From: Verrucomicrobiales bacterium
GTDB lineage: Bacteria > Verrucomicrobiota > Verrucomicrobiia > Limisphaerales > UBA1100
NCBI GenBank assembly: GCA_002728775.1
Contig: PBVU01000003.1
Coordinates: 1 to 40,461 of the forward strand
DNA: 40,461 nt
Direction: 5' to 3'
Shown here: one piece after another, positions 18,389 through 26,477 of the stretch
Layout: every line of letters begins with the position of its first letter
How positions within the stretch are numbered: the first letter of the stretch is position 1
Translations under genes and position numbers: made by a program
The notes under the pieces: model-generated
What the model was told of the DNA's origin: nothing
The model's database searches: none
What the model saw: the letters and a program-made list of their open reading frames with translations, nothing else

Positions 18389-20347
18389 CTAGTCTTGGCC
18401 TTCCGACTCAGTGAGCTCCCAGTTTTCACCAAAAAATCCTGCGTGCGCAACTCCATTGGGAATGCGCTGGGTAATTGGAACTCGCATATCTAAAACAGCG
18501 TAGTCAGGCAGCTTAGCGTTTTGCATGGAATTGCTCATATGGCCAAATTCGCTGAAGGTAAAGCCGCTGTTGATGACAATGTAACGCCGCAGATTGCGCG
18601 GATTCGGATAAACCAACACGGGGACAAATCGATTCGTGGGCCACTTTTTGTCCCTAATACTGACGTTCTCTGTGGACCAAGTGATGGGCAAACTGGGAGC
18701 CATCTTCGCGATCATTGAGTTTGAAGTCGGATCACCCCAGAGAATAAGGTTGGAGGATAGGTCACGAGGAGTCAGCGCCGTGTCTTTCTTTACAATTACA
18801 TTTCCCCGGAACTGCCTGTGCCACTGGGTCATGGCCTCATTCATTTCTTCCTGAACCCATTTGCCAACAGCCGCGTTCATGGATTTGCCTGTGGGTTTCA
18901 CAAAGATGAACCGCGAAAGGAAAGCATCGTCAATGGGGCCTTGGAGGCCGGGTGTCTTGGTCAGATTATTCTGGTCAAAACTGATCGTTGCCTCCCATCG
19001 GTCATCTTGTTTCCAAAACATCAGGGGCGCATGTCGTTCGGGAGTCACGGTTAACTTTTGATTGTCCAGCGTCACTGTGTACTTCGTTGTGCCTTGGTTG
19101 GGTACTTCCAGTTTTCCCAGCATCAATTTGGTGACATTTCTGGTGCTTACACGGAATCTGTATTCCCCTAGATATTCCGCATCCACACGGGCTTCCTTCC
19201 AGTGTTGCTGAAGGCCATGAACGCTAACCCATTTTACACGATTATAGCGAAGTGTGTGGGTAATCATCCTGACTTTCCGGGCATGGAAGTTTGTCCCGCG
19301 ATCTACCGCGGCATCAACCAGTCTCGCCAACTCGGTTTTTGCCTTGGACTCATACTTGTGGCCGGTTTTTAAGCCAATGATATGCCTTAATGGGATGCCT
19401 TCTTTCTTTAAGGCCTCAGCCATCAAGTCTGCCGCCTGCCTTTGTTTGTCGAGTTCGCCACTGTAGGCGATTGCCGTCGTATTTATAAAATTCCCGGAAA
19501 CTGGCGGCACATCATACAGATTCCAGAGCTTTTGTTCCCACCAAGTGGGTTTGGGGGTTTTGTTGAAGATGTCTTGATAAATCTTGGTATCCACAAAACC
19601 CGCCCCCGGAGCCACAGCTGCCCATACGCCGGCGTAGTGCGCCCCCAGGTGCCATGCCCCTGCCCCACCCATGGAGAATCCACGAAGAGCGGTCCGGTGT
19701 TTGTCGATGGCGTATTGCGTCCGTACATGTCCCAGCGCTTCCATGACATCCACTTCTCCGGCAAACTTGTATGCATTACAATATCGACCGTATGGATGCA
19801 GGACAATTGTGTCTCGCGGTTGAAATGCGCTTGGACGCCTAAGGCGTTCTTCGAGAAATCGAACTTCGCTGAGCATGTTGTTTCGGCCGTGCAGCCAAAC
19901 ATCCAGCCGCCATTGTTTATGCAGCCGAGGATTGTATGATGCCGGCACTTCCAGGCCATACGGGATCACGGAATCATCAATTCGTGAGCGGTAGCCTCGC
20001 ACGATGAGACCCGTTGCATTTGTCCAAGGATGCACTCCCGCCATCAATTGGTTTGCGCGTTTCAAGCCCAGAGATAGGAGATGTCGAGCGGTTCGCACAT
20101 CCTCAGGTTTGTAAAACATGCCGTCATCAAGTGCATAGCGCACTGCGTTGTAGAAAATCTGTATGTCGGGCAGGAATTGCTTGTGTCTGGGCTTTTGAAT
20201 TTTCGCCATGGCAGCCCTCAAGTTTTCCAGGCCTTGATTCAAGGCGGCCCGGTCCATGCCGGAAATCCTGATGCCGGGGGCAGGTGCCTTGGCTCCCTGT
20301 ATATGAAGCACCACAGCAAAAGCCAGCAGAGAAAGAGCCCGTTTCAC
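18389..20347 (-). CDS. Secreted alpha/beta-hydrolase (S9/esterase-like serine hydrolase) with a C-terminal beta-rich domain
   Basis: 652 aa with a signal peptide (GTG start). Nucleophile elbow GFSMGGAGAW. Candidate acid/His residues lie in SGELDKQ and KTGHKY. Ends 6 nt upstream of the next gene. Confidence 0.7.
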   Translation of the reverse strand: MKRALSLLAFAVVLHIQGAKAPAPGIRISGMDRAALNQGLENLRAAMAKIQKPRHKQFLPDIQIFYNAVRYALDDGMFYKPEDVRTARHLLSLGLKRANQLMAGVHPWTNATGLIVRGYRSRIDDSVIPYGLEVPASYNPRLHKQWRLDVWLHGRNNMLSEVRFLEERLRRPSAFQPRDTIVLHPYGRYCNAYKFAGEVDVMEALGHVRTQYAIDKHRTALRGFSMGGAGAWHLGAHYAGVWAAVAPGAGFVDTKIYQDIFNKTPKPTWWEQKLWNLYDVPPVSGNFINTTAIAYSGELDKQRQAADLMAEALKKEGIPLRHIIGLKTGHKYESKAKTELARLVDAAVDRGTNFHARKVRMITHTLRYNRVKWVSVHGLQQHWKEARVDAEYLGEYRFRVSTRNVTKLMLGKLEVPNQGTTKYTVTLDNQKLTVTPERHAPLMFWKQDDRWEATISFDQNNLTKTPGLQGPIDDAFLSRFIFVKPTGKSMNAAVGKWVQEEMNEAMTQWHRQFRGNVIVKKDTALTPRDLSSNLILWGDPTSNSMIAKMAPSLPITWSTENVSIRDKKWPTNRFVPVLVYPNPRNLRRYIVINSGFTFSEFGHMSNSMQNAKLPDYAVLDMRVPITQRIPNGVAHAGFFGENWELTESEGQD

Positions 20348-20426
20348 GGCCTAACCATAAAGCAGAGGGAAAACGAACTCAAGAGCGCCGCCAGCGAAGG
20401 CTGTAATCTCGATGTCAGTCCCGAAT

Positions 20427-21476
20427 TCATTCAGGCCGCGACAAGGTGTCAAGGGCCGCGGTTCTTTCCTGCTCGGAAAGTTTGGCAATGGTTTCGACAG
20501 CCTCAAAATACCGGTTCAAGTCACCTTCATGTTTGCGGAGAAGATTCCAAAAAGCGGCAACTTGCTGGTTGTAAACTGCAATGGCGGCAAGATTAGCGTT
20601 ATTGAGCGGGCGCTCCGACCAGCGGGCGAGGTTGCCGTAGGCTGGGTCAGTCGCATGAAGGTCGTTGATTTCACGCTTTAGGCTGTTGATGACATCTGCC
20701 TTTTCATCCCTCATTTCATCTTTAGGCAAGTCCCTCTGGTAAAGATTGGCAAGTTTGGCTCTTGTCCGAAGGATTAACTGCACAAAGTTGGCATGCCGCT
20801 CACATTCAGTCCGATAACGTGACTCACCGTCGCTGTCCCCCCTATGCTGCAGCCACTTCAATACGGCGGCTTGGGCAGTGGCGGTGGCAAAACTTTCGTT
20901 GAATGTGGTGTCTCCGGGGAGGTAGAAGCGTTTATGAGTCAGTTCATGGAAAATGAGTTCCGCCAAACTGGTATCGGTTAGTTGAATAAATGTGCTGAGC
21001 ACGGGATCATCAAACCAGCCAAGCGTCGAATATGCGGGGGCACCGCCGATATGAACATCCAGACCCTTGGCACGGAGTCGGCTGGCATAACGTTTGGCGG
21101 CGGTTTCACTGAACCATCCGCGACTGGTGAAATGTCCAGCGACCGGATACCACCATGACTTCAATTCAACGCTGAATTCGGGGGCAGCATAAACGACCCA
21201 GAGCGCGTATTTTCGGTTTAGGTTCTTGTAGAGAGTGTAATTCTTACCCGGGTCAAGGCTGAGCTTGTCGTGTGCAAATTCTCGTAAATCAAGGACAAGC
21301 TTAAGCTTTGCGGCCAATTCTTTGGGTTGCCCAGGGTCGGCAACTAACTTCTCAACTGATTGACGACAGCAAAGCATCTGAGCCTGCCCGGCAATGGCTT
21401 GTGTGTAATAAGCCGCAGTTTGGCAACCAGCGGCTGTCAGCAAAACCACGAGAAGAAGAAGCAGCTTCCATTGCAT
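20427..21476 (-). CDS. Predicted zinc aminopeptidase lipoprotein (COG4324/PF10023-like)
   Basis: The ATG at 21476 gives MQWKLLLLLVVLLTAAGC, a lipoprotein signal with lipobox. HExxH in IFHELTHKRF, followed by FNESFATA (gluzincin third ligand). The track start at 21500 is GTG. Confidence 0.7.
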   Translation of the reverse strand: MQWKLLLLLVVLLTAAGCQTAAYYTQAIAGQAQMLCCRQSVEKLVADPGQPKELAAKLKLVLDLREFAHDKLSLDPGKNYTLYKNLNRKYALWVVYAAPEFSVELKSWWYPVAGHFTSRGWFSETAAKRYASRLRAKGLDVHIGGAPAYSTLGWFDDPVLSTFIQLTDTSLAELIFHELTHKRFYLPGDTTFNESFATATAQAAVLKWLQHRGDSDGESRYRTECERHANFVQLILRTRAKLANLYQRDLPKDEMRDEKADVINSLKREINDLHATDPAYGNLARWSERPLNNANLAAIAVYNQQVAAFWNLLRKHEGDLNRYFEAVETIAKLSEQERTAALDTLSRPE

Positions 21477-21527
21477 GCGCGGGAGAATTAACACGGCCAC
21501 TCAGTGCGGGCAACGCTGGGGAATTGC

Positions 21528-21556
21528 TTGAGGGCAAAGAGGCTTACCCGTAGAGT
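21528..21556 (+). promoter_or_regulatory. Candidate promoter for tRNA-Arg (-35 TTGAGG, 17-nt spacer, -10 TAGAGT)
   Basis: TTGAGG at 21528-21533 and TAGAGT at 21551-21556. The predicted start lies 1-3 nt before the mature tRNA 5' end (21565). Each hexamer matches consensus at 4 of 6 positions. Confidence 0.3.
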
Positions 21557-21564
21557 CACTGCGG

Positions 21565-21641
21565 GCGCCTGTAGCTCAGCTGGATAGAGCAGCGGTCTTC
21601 TAAACCGCAGGTCGTTGGTTCGAGTCCAACCCGGCGCGCCA
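21565..21641 (+). tRNA. tRNA-Arg (anticodon UCU), CCA encoded
   Basis: Hand-folded cloverleaf. Acceptor GCGCCTG/CCGGCGC (one T-C mismatch at 6:67). D arm GCTC-AGCTGGATA-GAGC. Anticodon arm GCGGT-CTTCTAA-ACCGC (TCT at 21599-21601). Variable loop AGGTC. T arm GTTGG-TTCGAGT-CCAAC. Discriminator G, then CCA. Confidence 0.92.
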
Positions 21642-21683
21642 TTTTCTTTCCCGCGGGCTGTCATTGTGTCAAAACCTCCGGTC

Positions 21684-22577
21684 ATGTTGTGTCTCGACGA
21701 TTTGGCCCGACTGGTTGAACGGTATTCGGAGGACCTGAAACATACAGTCAGGTCATTCGATGTGGGAGGGAAAATAATGGATTTCAGTCATGCTCCCCAA
21801 CTCATGGGGGTGGTGAATTTGTCTCCCGATTCCTGGTACCGCGAGAGTGTCTGCCTTTCCCTGGAGCATGCGGTTCAGCGTGGGCAAACGCTTGTGACAC
21901 AGGGCGCTGCGATCGTGGATGTGGGAGCGGAATCCAGCATCCTGAATGCTTCCCGAGCAGATGCAGATTTGCAGCAGTCACGGTTGGTGCCTGTTGTTGC
22001 CTCCTTGTCCGATGCAGGCGTGATTGTCTCGGTGGAGACCTACCATCCCTCGGTCGCACAGGCGGGGCTGGAAGCCGGAGCAGCTGTCCTGAATATTACA
22101 GGGCCGGGTCACGCGAGAGAACTTTTCCGAATGGCGGCTGATCATGGAGCCGCTGTCATAATTTGTTATGTTCAGGGAGAGAATGTGCGTGAGGTGGGTG
22201 ACTTGAGGCTTGGGGATGACCCTATTCCGGACATGATGCGATTTTTTGAGAAGGAAATTAAAGCGGCGGAAAGTGCCGGAGTTGAGCGAATCTTTGTCGA
22301 TCCTGGACTGGGGTTTTATTACAGGAACTTGACGGATAGTTCGGAGAGGGTTGCCTTTCAAATGCAGACGTTCCTAAACACCTTTCGATTGCGTCGGCTC
22401 GGCTGGCCGGTGTGCCATGCCCTCCCGCATGCAGCAGAATTCTTCCGGGAAGAAGTGCGGTGTGCTGAGCCTTTTTTTGCGACTTTGGCGGCACTGGGGA
22501 AAACCAGCCTTTTCCGCACGCACGAAGTTGCACGGACGCGGGCTGTCCTTGAGACGATGAGGACGTGGCGATCCTAA
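21684..22577 (+). CDS. Dihydropteroate synthase-like pterin-binding protein (divergent)
   Basis: The ATG at 21684 avoids overlap with the tRNA (the track TTG at 21615 lies inside it). DHPS-like blocks: MGVVNLSPDSW (cf. GILNVTPDSF), GAAIVDVGAESS, VSVETYHP, AAVLNIT, FVDPGLGF and FRTHEV (cf. RVHDV). Confidence 0.65.
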   Translation: MLCLDDLARLVERYSEDLKHTVRSFDVGGKIMDFSHAPQLMGVVNLSPDSWYRESVCLSLEHAVQRGQTLVTQGAAIVDVGAESSILNASRADADLQQSRLVPVVASLSDAGVIVSVETYHPSVAQAGLEAGAAVLNITGPGHARELFRMAADHGAAVIICYVQGENVREVGDLRLGDDPIPDMMRFFEKEIKAAESAGVERIFVDPGLGFYYRNLTDSSERVAFQMQTFLNTFRLRRLGWPVCHALPHAAEFFREEVRCAEPFFATLAALGKTSLFRTHEVARTRAVLETMRTWRS

Positions 22578-22609
22578 GGTGATGGTTCCGGCCCGGCTGG
22601 TGCGGCGGG

Positions 22610-22795
22610 CTACTTGACGCGTTCTTTTTTGCGTTGGGCACCGCCTGTGTTCCAGATTTTGTCTCGGATCACGGCCTCCACGTCACGAATTTCCTGCTTG
22701 ATGCCCGCTTGTTTGGACTTCTTGAATTCCTCGCGCAATTCCCGCTCCAAACGCTGAAGTTCGTCGATGCGGAGATTGCGGAGTTTTGGGTTCAT
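22610..22795 (-). CDS. Small highly charged hypothetical protein (61 aa from ATG 22795)
   Basis: MNPKLRNLRIDELQRLERELREEFKKSKQAGIKQEIRDVEAVIRDKIW... is predicted helical and has no family I recognise. It is the last ORF of the long minus-strand array. Coding status is uncertain. Confidence 0.3.
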   Translation of the reverse strand: MNPKLRNLRIDELQRLERELREEFKKSKQAGIKQEIRDVEAVIRDKIWNTGGAQRKKERVK

Positions 22796-22839
22796 GAGGC
22801 GGTGAGTGTGAAGCGGTGTGGTGATGCTGGCAAGTGGGA

Positions 22840-23778
22840 TCATTCAGCATGGCAAAGAAAAACGGCTTCCTCACCTGACTTCAGAGCACGATGGTCACGA
22901 CAACAGACTCCCAGTTCGCCGAGCCACTGGAGAACTAGGGCCGTCGTGTGGCGGTTGGAGTAAAATGCGAGCAGTGAGTCACCTGGGGCAAATCGGAATG
23001 TAGTTCCGTGGCAGATGATCTCAAGCGGGGCGTTAAAAATCCAATGAGCTTCAATCCGCCGAAGGCCCGATTCGCTGGCCGCTTGGGAAAAGACAAGTTC
23101 GCCCTTGGTGATGTCTAATTCTTTCAGGGCCCCAAGGATCCAGTCTCGGGTGGGCTGATTGTCGTACTGGGGCATTATTCTGGCCACACCATCAACATAG
23201 TTTCTTCCTGGGGCTAAATTTGCGCTCAACAACAGCCAATCTCCGGGGCGCAGGATTTGCGACAATTGCCTGGCCAAAAGTTTTGGGGGGAAATTTGGAA
23301 TCACTCCAAACAAAGTGAAAATGCATGGCAAACCGTCTGGTAACAGTGATCGAAGGAATTTCCCCGGATCATCGGCATTCGCAAGATCCAGCAGACAGGA
23401 ATGATTGTTCTGGGCGGGTGAATTGCGAATGGCTTCGCATGTTAAATCTTCACTGATATCGAGTGCCCAGTAGGTAGGGGTTTGAAGTTGATCCAAGATC
23501 ATCGCGTCCTTGAGCCCTCCGCCGCAACCCAAGCCGATCACTTGGGTTAATGCGGACGGGCATTCCGCTGCGACTTGCCGGGCGATCCAGTGATAAAGTT
23601 CATTGCACGCGGGGTTAATCCGGGCAGGAGAAAATGCTTCATGCACAGCTAGCCAACGTCTGGCTTGCGCGGGGCTTTCGTAGAGCAAGGCTGAGGGCAG
23701 TTGACCCTCCTTGAGATCCATGAGCATCGCCTGCCGCCTGGTTTCGGGCCGGGCTGAGGGATGAACATGGTGAGTCAT
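22840..23778 (-). CDS. Class I SAM-dependent methyltransferase resembling the EgtD/Methyltransf_33 family
   Basis: The ATG at 23778 overlaps the TGA of the DUF420 gene (ATGA). SAM motif I VIGLGCGGG. By eye it aligns with M. smegmatis EgtD blocks: FTLFGVIPNFPPKLLARQLSQILRPGDWLLLSANL vs [39 protein letters not shown]. Confidence 0.65.
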   Translation of the reverse strand: MTHHVHPSARPETRRQAMLMDLKEGQLPSALLYESPAQARRWLAVHEAFSPARINPACNELYHWIARQVAAECPSALTQVIGLGCGGGLKDAMILDQLQTPTYWALDISEDLTCEAIRNSPAQNNHSCLLDLANADDPGKFLRSLLPDGLPCIFTLFGVIPNFPPKLLARQLSQILRPGDWLLLSANLAPGRNYVDGVARIMPQYDNQPTRDWILGALKELDITKGELVFSQAASESGLRRIEAHWIFNAPLEIICHGTTFRFAPGDSLLAFYSNRHTTALVLQWLGELGVCCRDHRALKSGEEAVFLCHAE

Positions 23779-24206
23779 TTGGCTTGAGGGAAAATCTGGT
23801 ACAGAATCAGGTAAACCAGAACGCCGGTGATGGATACGTAAAGCCAAATTGGCCAAGCCCATTTCGCAAAGCGTCGATGCTTTTCAAAATTCTGTTTCCA
23901 CGCATGCCAAAGTGAGAGGAAAATGAAGGGCAGCATGACGACGGCCAGCACCACGTGGGTAAACAATAGCACAAGGTAATAAGAGCGGAACCATTGAGGT
24001 TCAGTAAAGCGGGTGACGGCTTCCGTGTTGAAATGGTAGTAGAGATAACATGCCAGGAAAATGGTCGAGGTGGCAAAAGCCGCGATCATGCATTTCTTGT
24101 GCGTCTCTTGGTTGCCTTTCTTGATAAACACGAACCCAGCAACCAGGAACACAGTACTGAGGAAATTCAGTGTGGCGTTGATCGCTGGCAAGTCGCTGAT
24201 GCTCAT
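23775..24206 (-). CDS. DUF420 membrane protein (CtaM-like oxidase accessory factor)
   Basis: 143 aa, 4 TM. Has LPAINATLNFLSTVFLVAGFVFIKKG..HKKCMIAAFATSTIFLACYLYYHF and ..HRRFAKWAWPIWLYVSITGVLVY, typical of DUF420. ATGA overlap with the Sco1 stop. Confidence 0.82.
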   Translation of the reverse strand: MSISDLPAINATLNFLSTVFLVAGFVFIKKGNQETHKKCMIAAFATSTIFLACYLYYHFNTEAVTRFTEPQWFRSYYLVLLFTHVVLAVVMLPFIFLSLWHAWKQNFEKHRRFAKWAWPIWLYVSITGVLVYLILYQIFPQAK

Positions 24207-24976
24207 GGGCTCACCTTTGGCTCCGCGTGGAGTTTGGTTATGGATTTCAGGATGTTGCCTGTGAGCCCGGGGGCGCCGTGTTCAAAGGATGCCCGCAGTC
24301 TGCCGTCTCCATCCACGAGAACAAAACGCTCGGAGTGGATAAAAAGATCATTGGGGCTGACTTGGTTTTCGGCTTCCTTGGCGAGGGCAACCAACTTCAA
24401 GTCACGGACAGCCAAACGGGTGATATCTTCCTTGTCGCCCGTCAGAAAAGTCCATCGACTTGGATCTGCCTTGAACCTGTCCGCAAATGAATTGAGAACT
24501 TGGGGCGTGTCATACTCGGGATCCGTGGTTAGGGTAACAAAATGTACTGGCCAGTCAGAAGGAATATCATCCTGCAGGTCGGCGAGGGACTGAGTCATGG
24601 CAGGGCACGGGCCGGGGCAACGTGTGAAGATAATGTCCGCCAGCCATATCTTACCGTTTAGGTTCTCAAGGGTGAATTTGTTGCCGGATTGGTCGAGCAA
24701 TTCGAATGATTGAATCTGGTTTATGACGGGCAAAGGACCCGCGCCATGTCCAGATTGAAGCTCCTTCAAAAGCTTGCGTTCCTTTTTGAGTTCTCCGAGC
24801 ATTTTTTCGTGATCGGATTGAAGTTCCTGTAGCTGAACCGTCAGATCAGAATTTTTTCTGTTGAGATCGAGATTGCGGCGGCTTTCCACCAGCGTGATGG
24901 CGATCAACATGCCCACAAGCAACATGCCCATCACAAAGATGCCTCCCCGGCGGGAAGTTTTGGGGCGTTTATTCAT
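24203..24976 (-). CDS. SCO1/SenC copper chaperone (thioredoxin fold, membrane-anchored)
   Basis: N-terminal TM helix plus a coiled-coil linker, then FTRCPGPCP (the CxxxC copper site) in a thioredoxin-like domain. Lies immediately downstream of oxidase subunit II. Confidence 0.88.
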   Translation of the reverse strand: MNKRPKTSRRGGIFVMGMLLVGMLIAITLVESRRNLDLNRKNSDLTVQLQELQSDHEKMLGELKKERKLLKELQSGHGAGPLPVINQIQSFELLDQSGNKFTLENLNGKIWLADIIFTRCPGPCPAMTQSLADLQDDIPSDWPVHFVTLTTDPEYDTPQVLNSFADRFKADPSRWTFLTGDKEDITRLAVRDLKLVALAKEAENQVSPNDLFIHSERFVLVDGDGRLRASFEHGAPGLTGNILKSITKLHAEPKVSP

Positions 24977-25000
24977 GAGAGGGCCGCGTGTTGCACGGGA

Positions 25001-26212
25001 TTAGTCCTGTGCAGCTGTGGCGACCTCTTCGGAAACAGGCGCATCCTTGAGCCACCAGCCGGAATTCTGATTCCACCAGTCAGCAAAATCTTTTTGTGTC
25101 AAGACCTCGAAGTCACCCCGCATGGCTGCATGTCCGTCGCCGCAAAGCTGGGCGCAGGTAATCCATGTCTTCATTTCGCGTCTGGCCTTGAAATGGACGG
25201 GAATCTGAAGGCCGGGAATCGCGTCCTGACAAACACGGATCGGTATGACTTTGAAACAATGGATCACATCCTTGCTGGAAATATGCGTAATCACACTAAC
25301 CCCCTCGGGAACGACCACCTTTTCCACGACGAAATCATCCAGCCCCTCCGCTGTGTCTGGCACACGCCCCAGCGGGTTTTCAACTGTAGCCAGCTTCATT
25401 TCCTGCCTGCCATAAATCCCGTCGAAACCGGAATAAAGGCCATTCCATTTAAACTGTTCGGCAATTACCCGAACAACAATGGTGGGCATTTTGCTGACAC
25501 TGGCGTTTGCCCCGTTGCCTGTGGCCTTGATGGAATATTTCTTGCCCGCTTTTAGGGCGATCATCTTGGAAATTTTTCTACGCTCTTCCTTCAGGGTGTC
25601 TTGAGTGGAAAGCTTTTCAAGCAGCTCCGTATTATCGAGATTAGCAACGAGGTTGTTCTCTTCATCGGACACAGCCACAGAGGCAGTAGAAGCGGAATCA
25701 AGATGCAGCATGTAAAGGCCATCTTCTTTCGGCTCGATTTCGTGCGGGGCTCCATTTGCCTTAAGCGTAGCTTCAGTCGTGACTCCTTCCTGTGGAAACT
25801 TGTCGGCGTCAACAACCTTGGCCCACAGTGGGATGGCGAATGCAATGATCAGGACCACCTCGGCGAGAATGACGCCACCTTCGGCAATGGTGGTTGGTAT
25901 CTTGGAGCGGAAACCATGGTAGTCCGCGGTTGGGTTTTTAGATTTACGGAATCGATACAGCGCATAAATAAAATAAACGCTCCAGCCTACAAACAGAACC
26001 AGCATTAGGACGTGGACGTAAATGATCATTTCGTCGATATCAGAGCCATGTTCGGAATTGGGCGACCCCTCGGGGAACCACAAATAGGGCCGGGTCTTTT
26101 TTACGAATTCCGATTCGGCGGCTTCATTTGCGTGCACGGTATCCAAGCCGCTGGCGGCAAACATCCCGAACAGGGCGGCCAGTAATGCGTATAATTTCAA
26201 AAAGTCCTTCAT
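25001..26212 (-). CDS. ctaC: Cytochrome c oxidase subunit II (CuA), no fused cytochrome c, with a ~105-aa insertion
   Basis: Signal peptide plus 2 TM. QFKWNG resembles the cupredoxin entry strand. Complete CuA ligand set: DVIHCF (H318) and CAQLCGDGHAAM (C353, C357, H361, M364). No CxxCH motif. Confidence 0.88.
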   Translation of the reverse strand: MKDFLKLYALLAALFGMFAASGLDTVHANEAAESEFVKKTRPYLWFPEGSPNSEHGSDIDEMIIYVHVLMLVLFVGWSVYFIYALYRFRKSKNPTADYHGFRSKIPTTIAEGGVILAEVVLIIAFAIPLWAKVVDADKFPQEGVTTEATLKANGAPHEIEPKEDGLYMLHLDSASTASVAVSDEENNLVANLDNTELLEKLSTQDTLKEERRKISKMIALKAGKKYSIKATGNGANASVSKMPTIVVRVIAEQFKWNGLYSGFDGIYGRQEMKLATVENPLGRVPDTAEGLDDFVVEKVVVPEGVSVITHISSKDVIHCFKVIPIRVCQDAIPGLQIPVHFKARREMKTWITCAQLCGDGHAAMRGDFEVLTQKDFADWWNQNSGWWLKDAPVSEEVATAAQD

Positions 26213-26213
26213 G

Positions 26214-26477
26214 CTAAATCGACTGTTTTGCCTCCCTGGCGGTTTCGTTTAGGGGCATCGGGTGCGTCTGGCCCCGCCGCCAGAGGAAGATCCCAAAAGC
26301 GGCTACGGCTCCCAAGACAAGGGCCACGACGCCGAGCAGCGTGTAGATTCCTGCATTGAGTCCATGAGCCAACTGGGAATCGGTTTTGCCAAAACAACTC
26401 GGGCAGGCCGCCAAGATTGCGGGGTGCATGCAAATTGTGGCCAGCAACGCGGTCATGTACTTTTTTACGCGGCTCAT
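26214..26477 (-). CDS. Small membrane protein with lipobox-like LAAC followed by a CPSC motif and a C-terminal TM helix (87 aa)
   Basis: The ATG at 26477 overlaps the upstream stop (ATGA), and the stop lies 1 nt before the subunit II ATG. Sequence: MSRVKKYMTALLATICMHPAILAACPSCFGKTDSQ...GIYTLLGVVALVLGAVAAFGIFLW. No family recognised. Confidence 0.5.
   Translation of the reverse strand: MSRVKKYMTALLATICMHPAILAACPSCFGKTDSQLAHGLNAGIYTLLGVVALVLGAVAAFGIFLWRRGQTHPMPLNETAREAKQSI

Noticed and set aside
21488-21685. A 65-aa minus-strand ORF, and the 21615 TTG start of the + strand ORF.
   Set aside because: Both overlap the well-folded tRNA-Arg gene and are explained by it.
21477-21700. Possible genomic-island integration site at the tRNA-Arg gene.
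   Set aside because: There is no integrase, no mobile-element gene, and no repeat of the tRNA 3' end that I could see nearby. The flanking genes are ordinary.
22578-22609. A GC-rich stem (GCCCG-N10-CGGGC) between the convergent DHPS-like gene and the small ORF.
   Set aside because: A 5-bp stem with a 10-nt loop and no U-tract is not convincing as a terminator.
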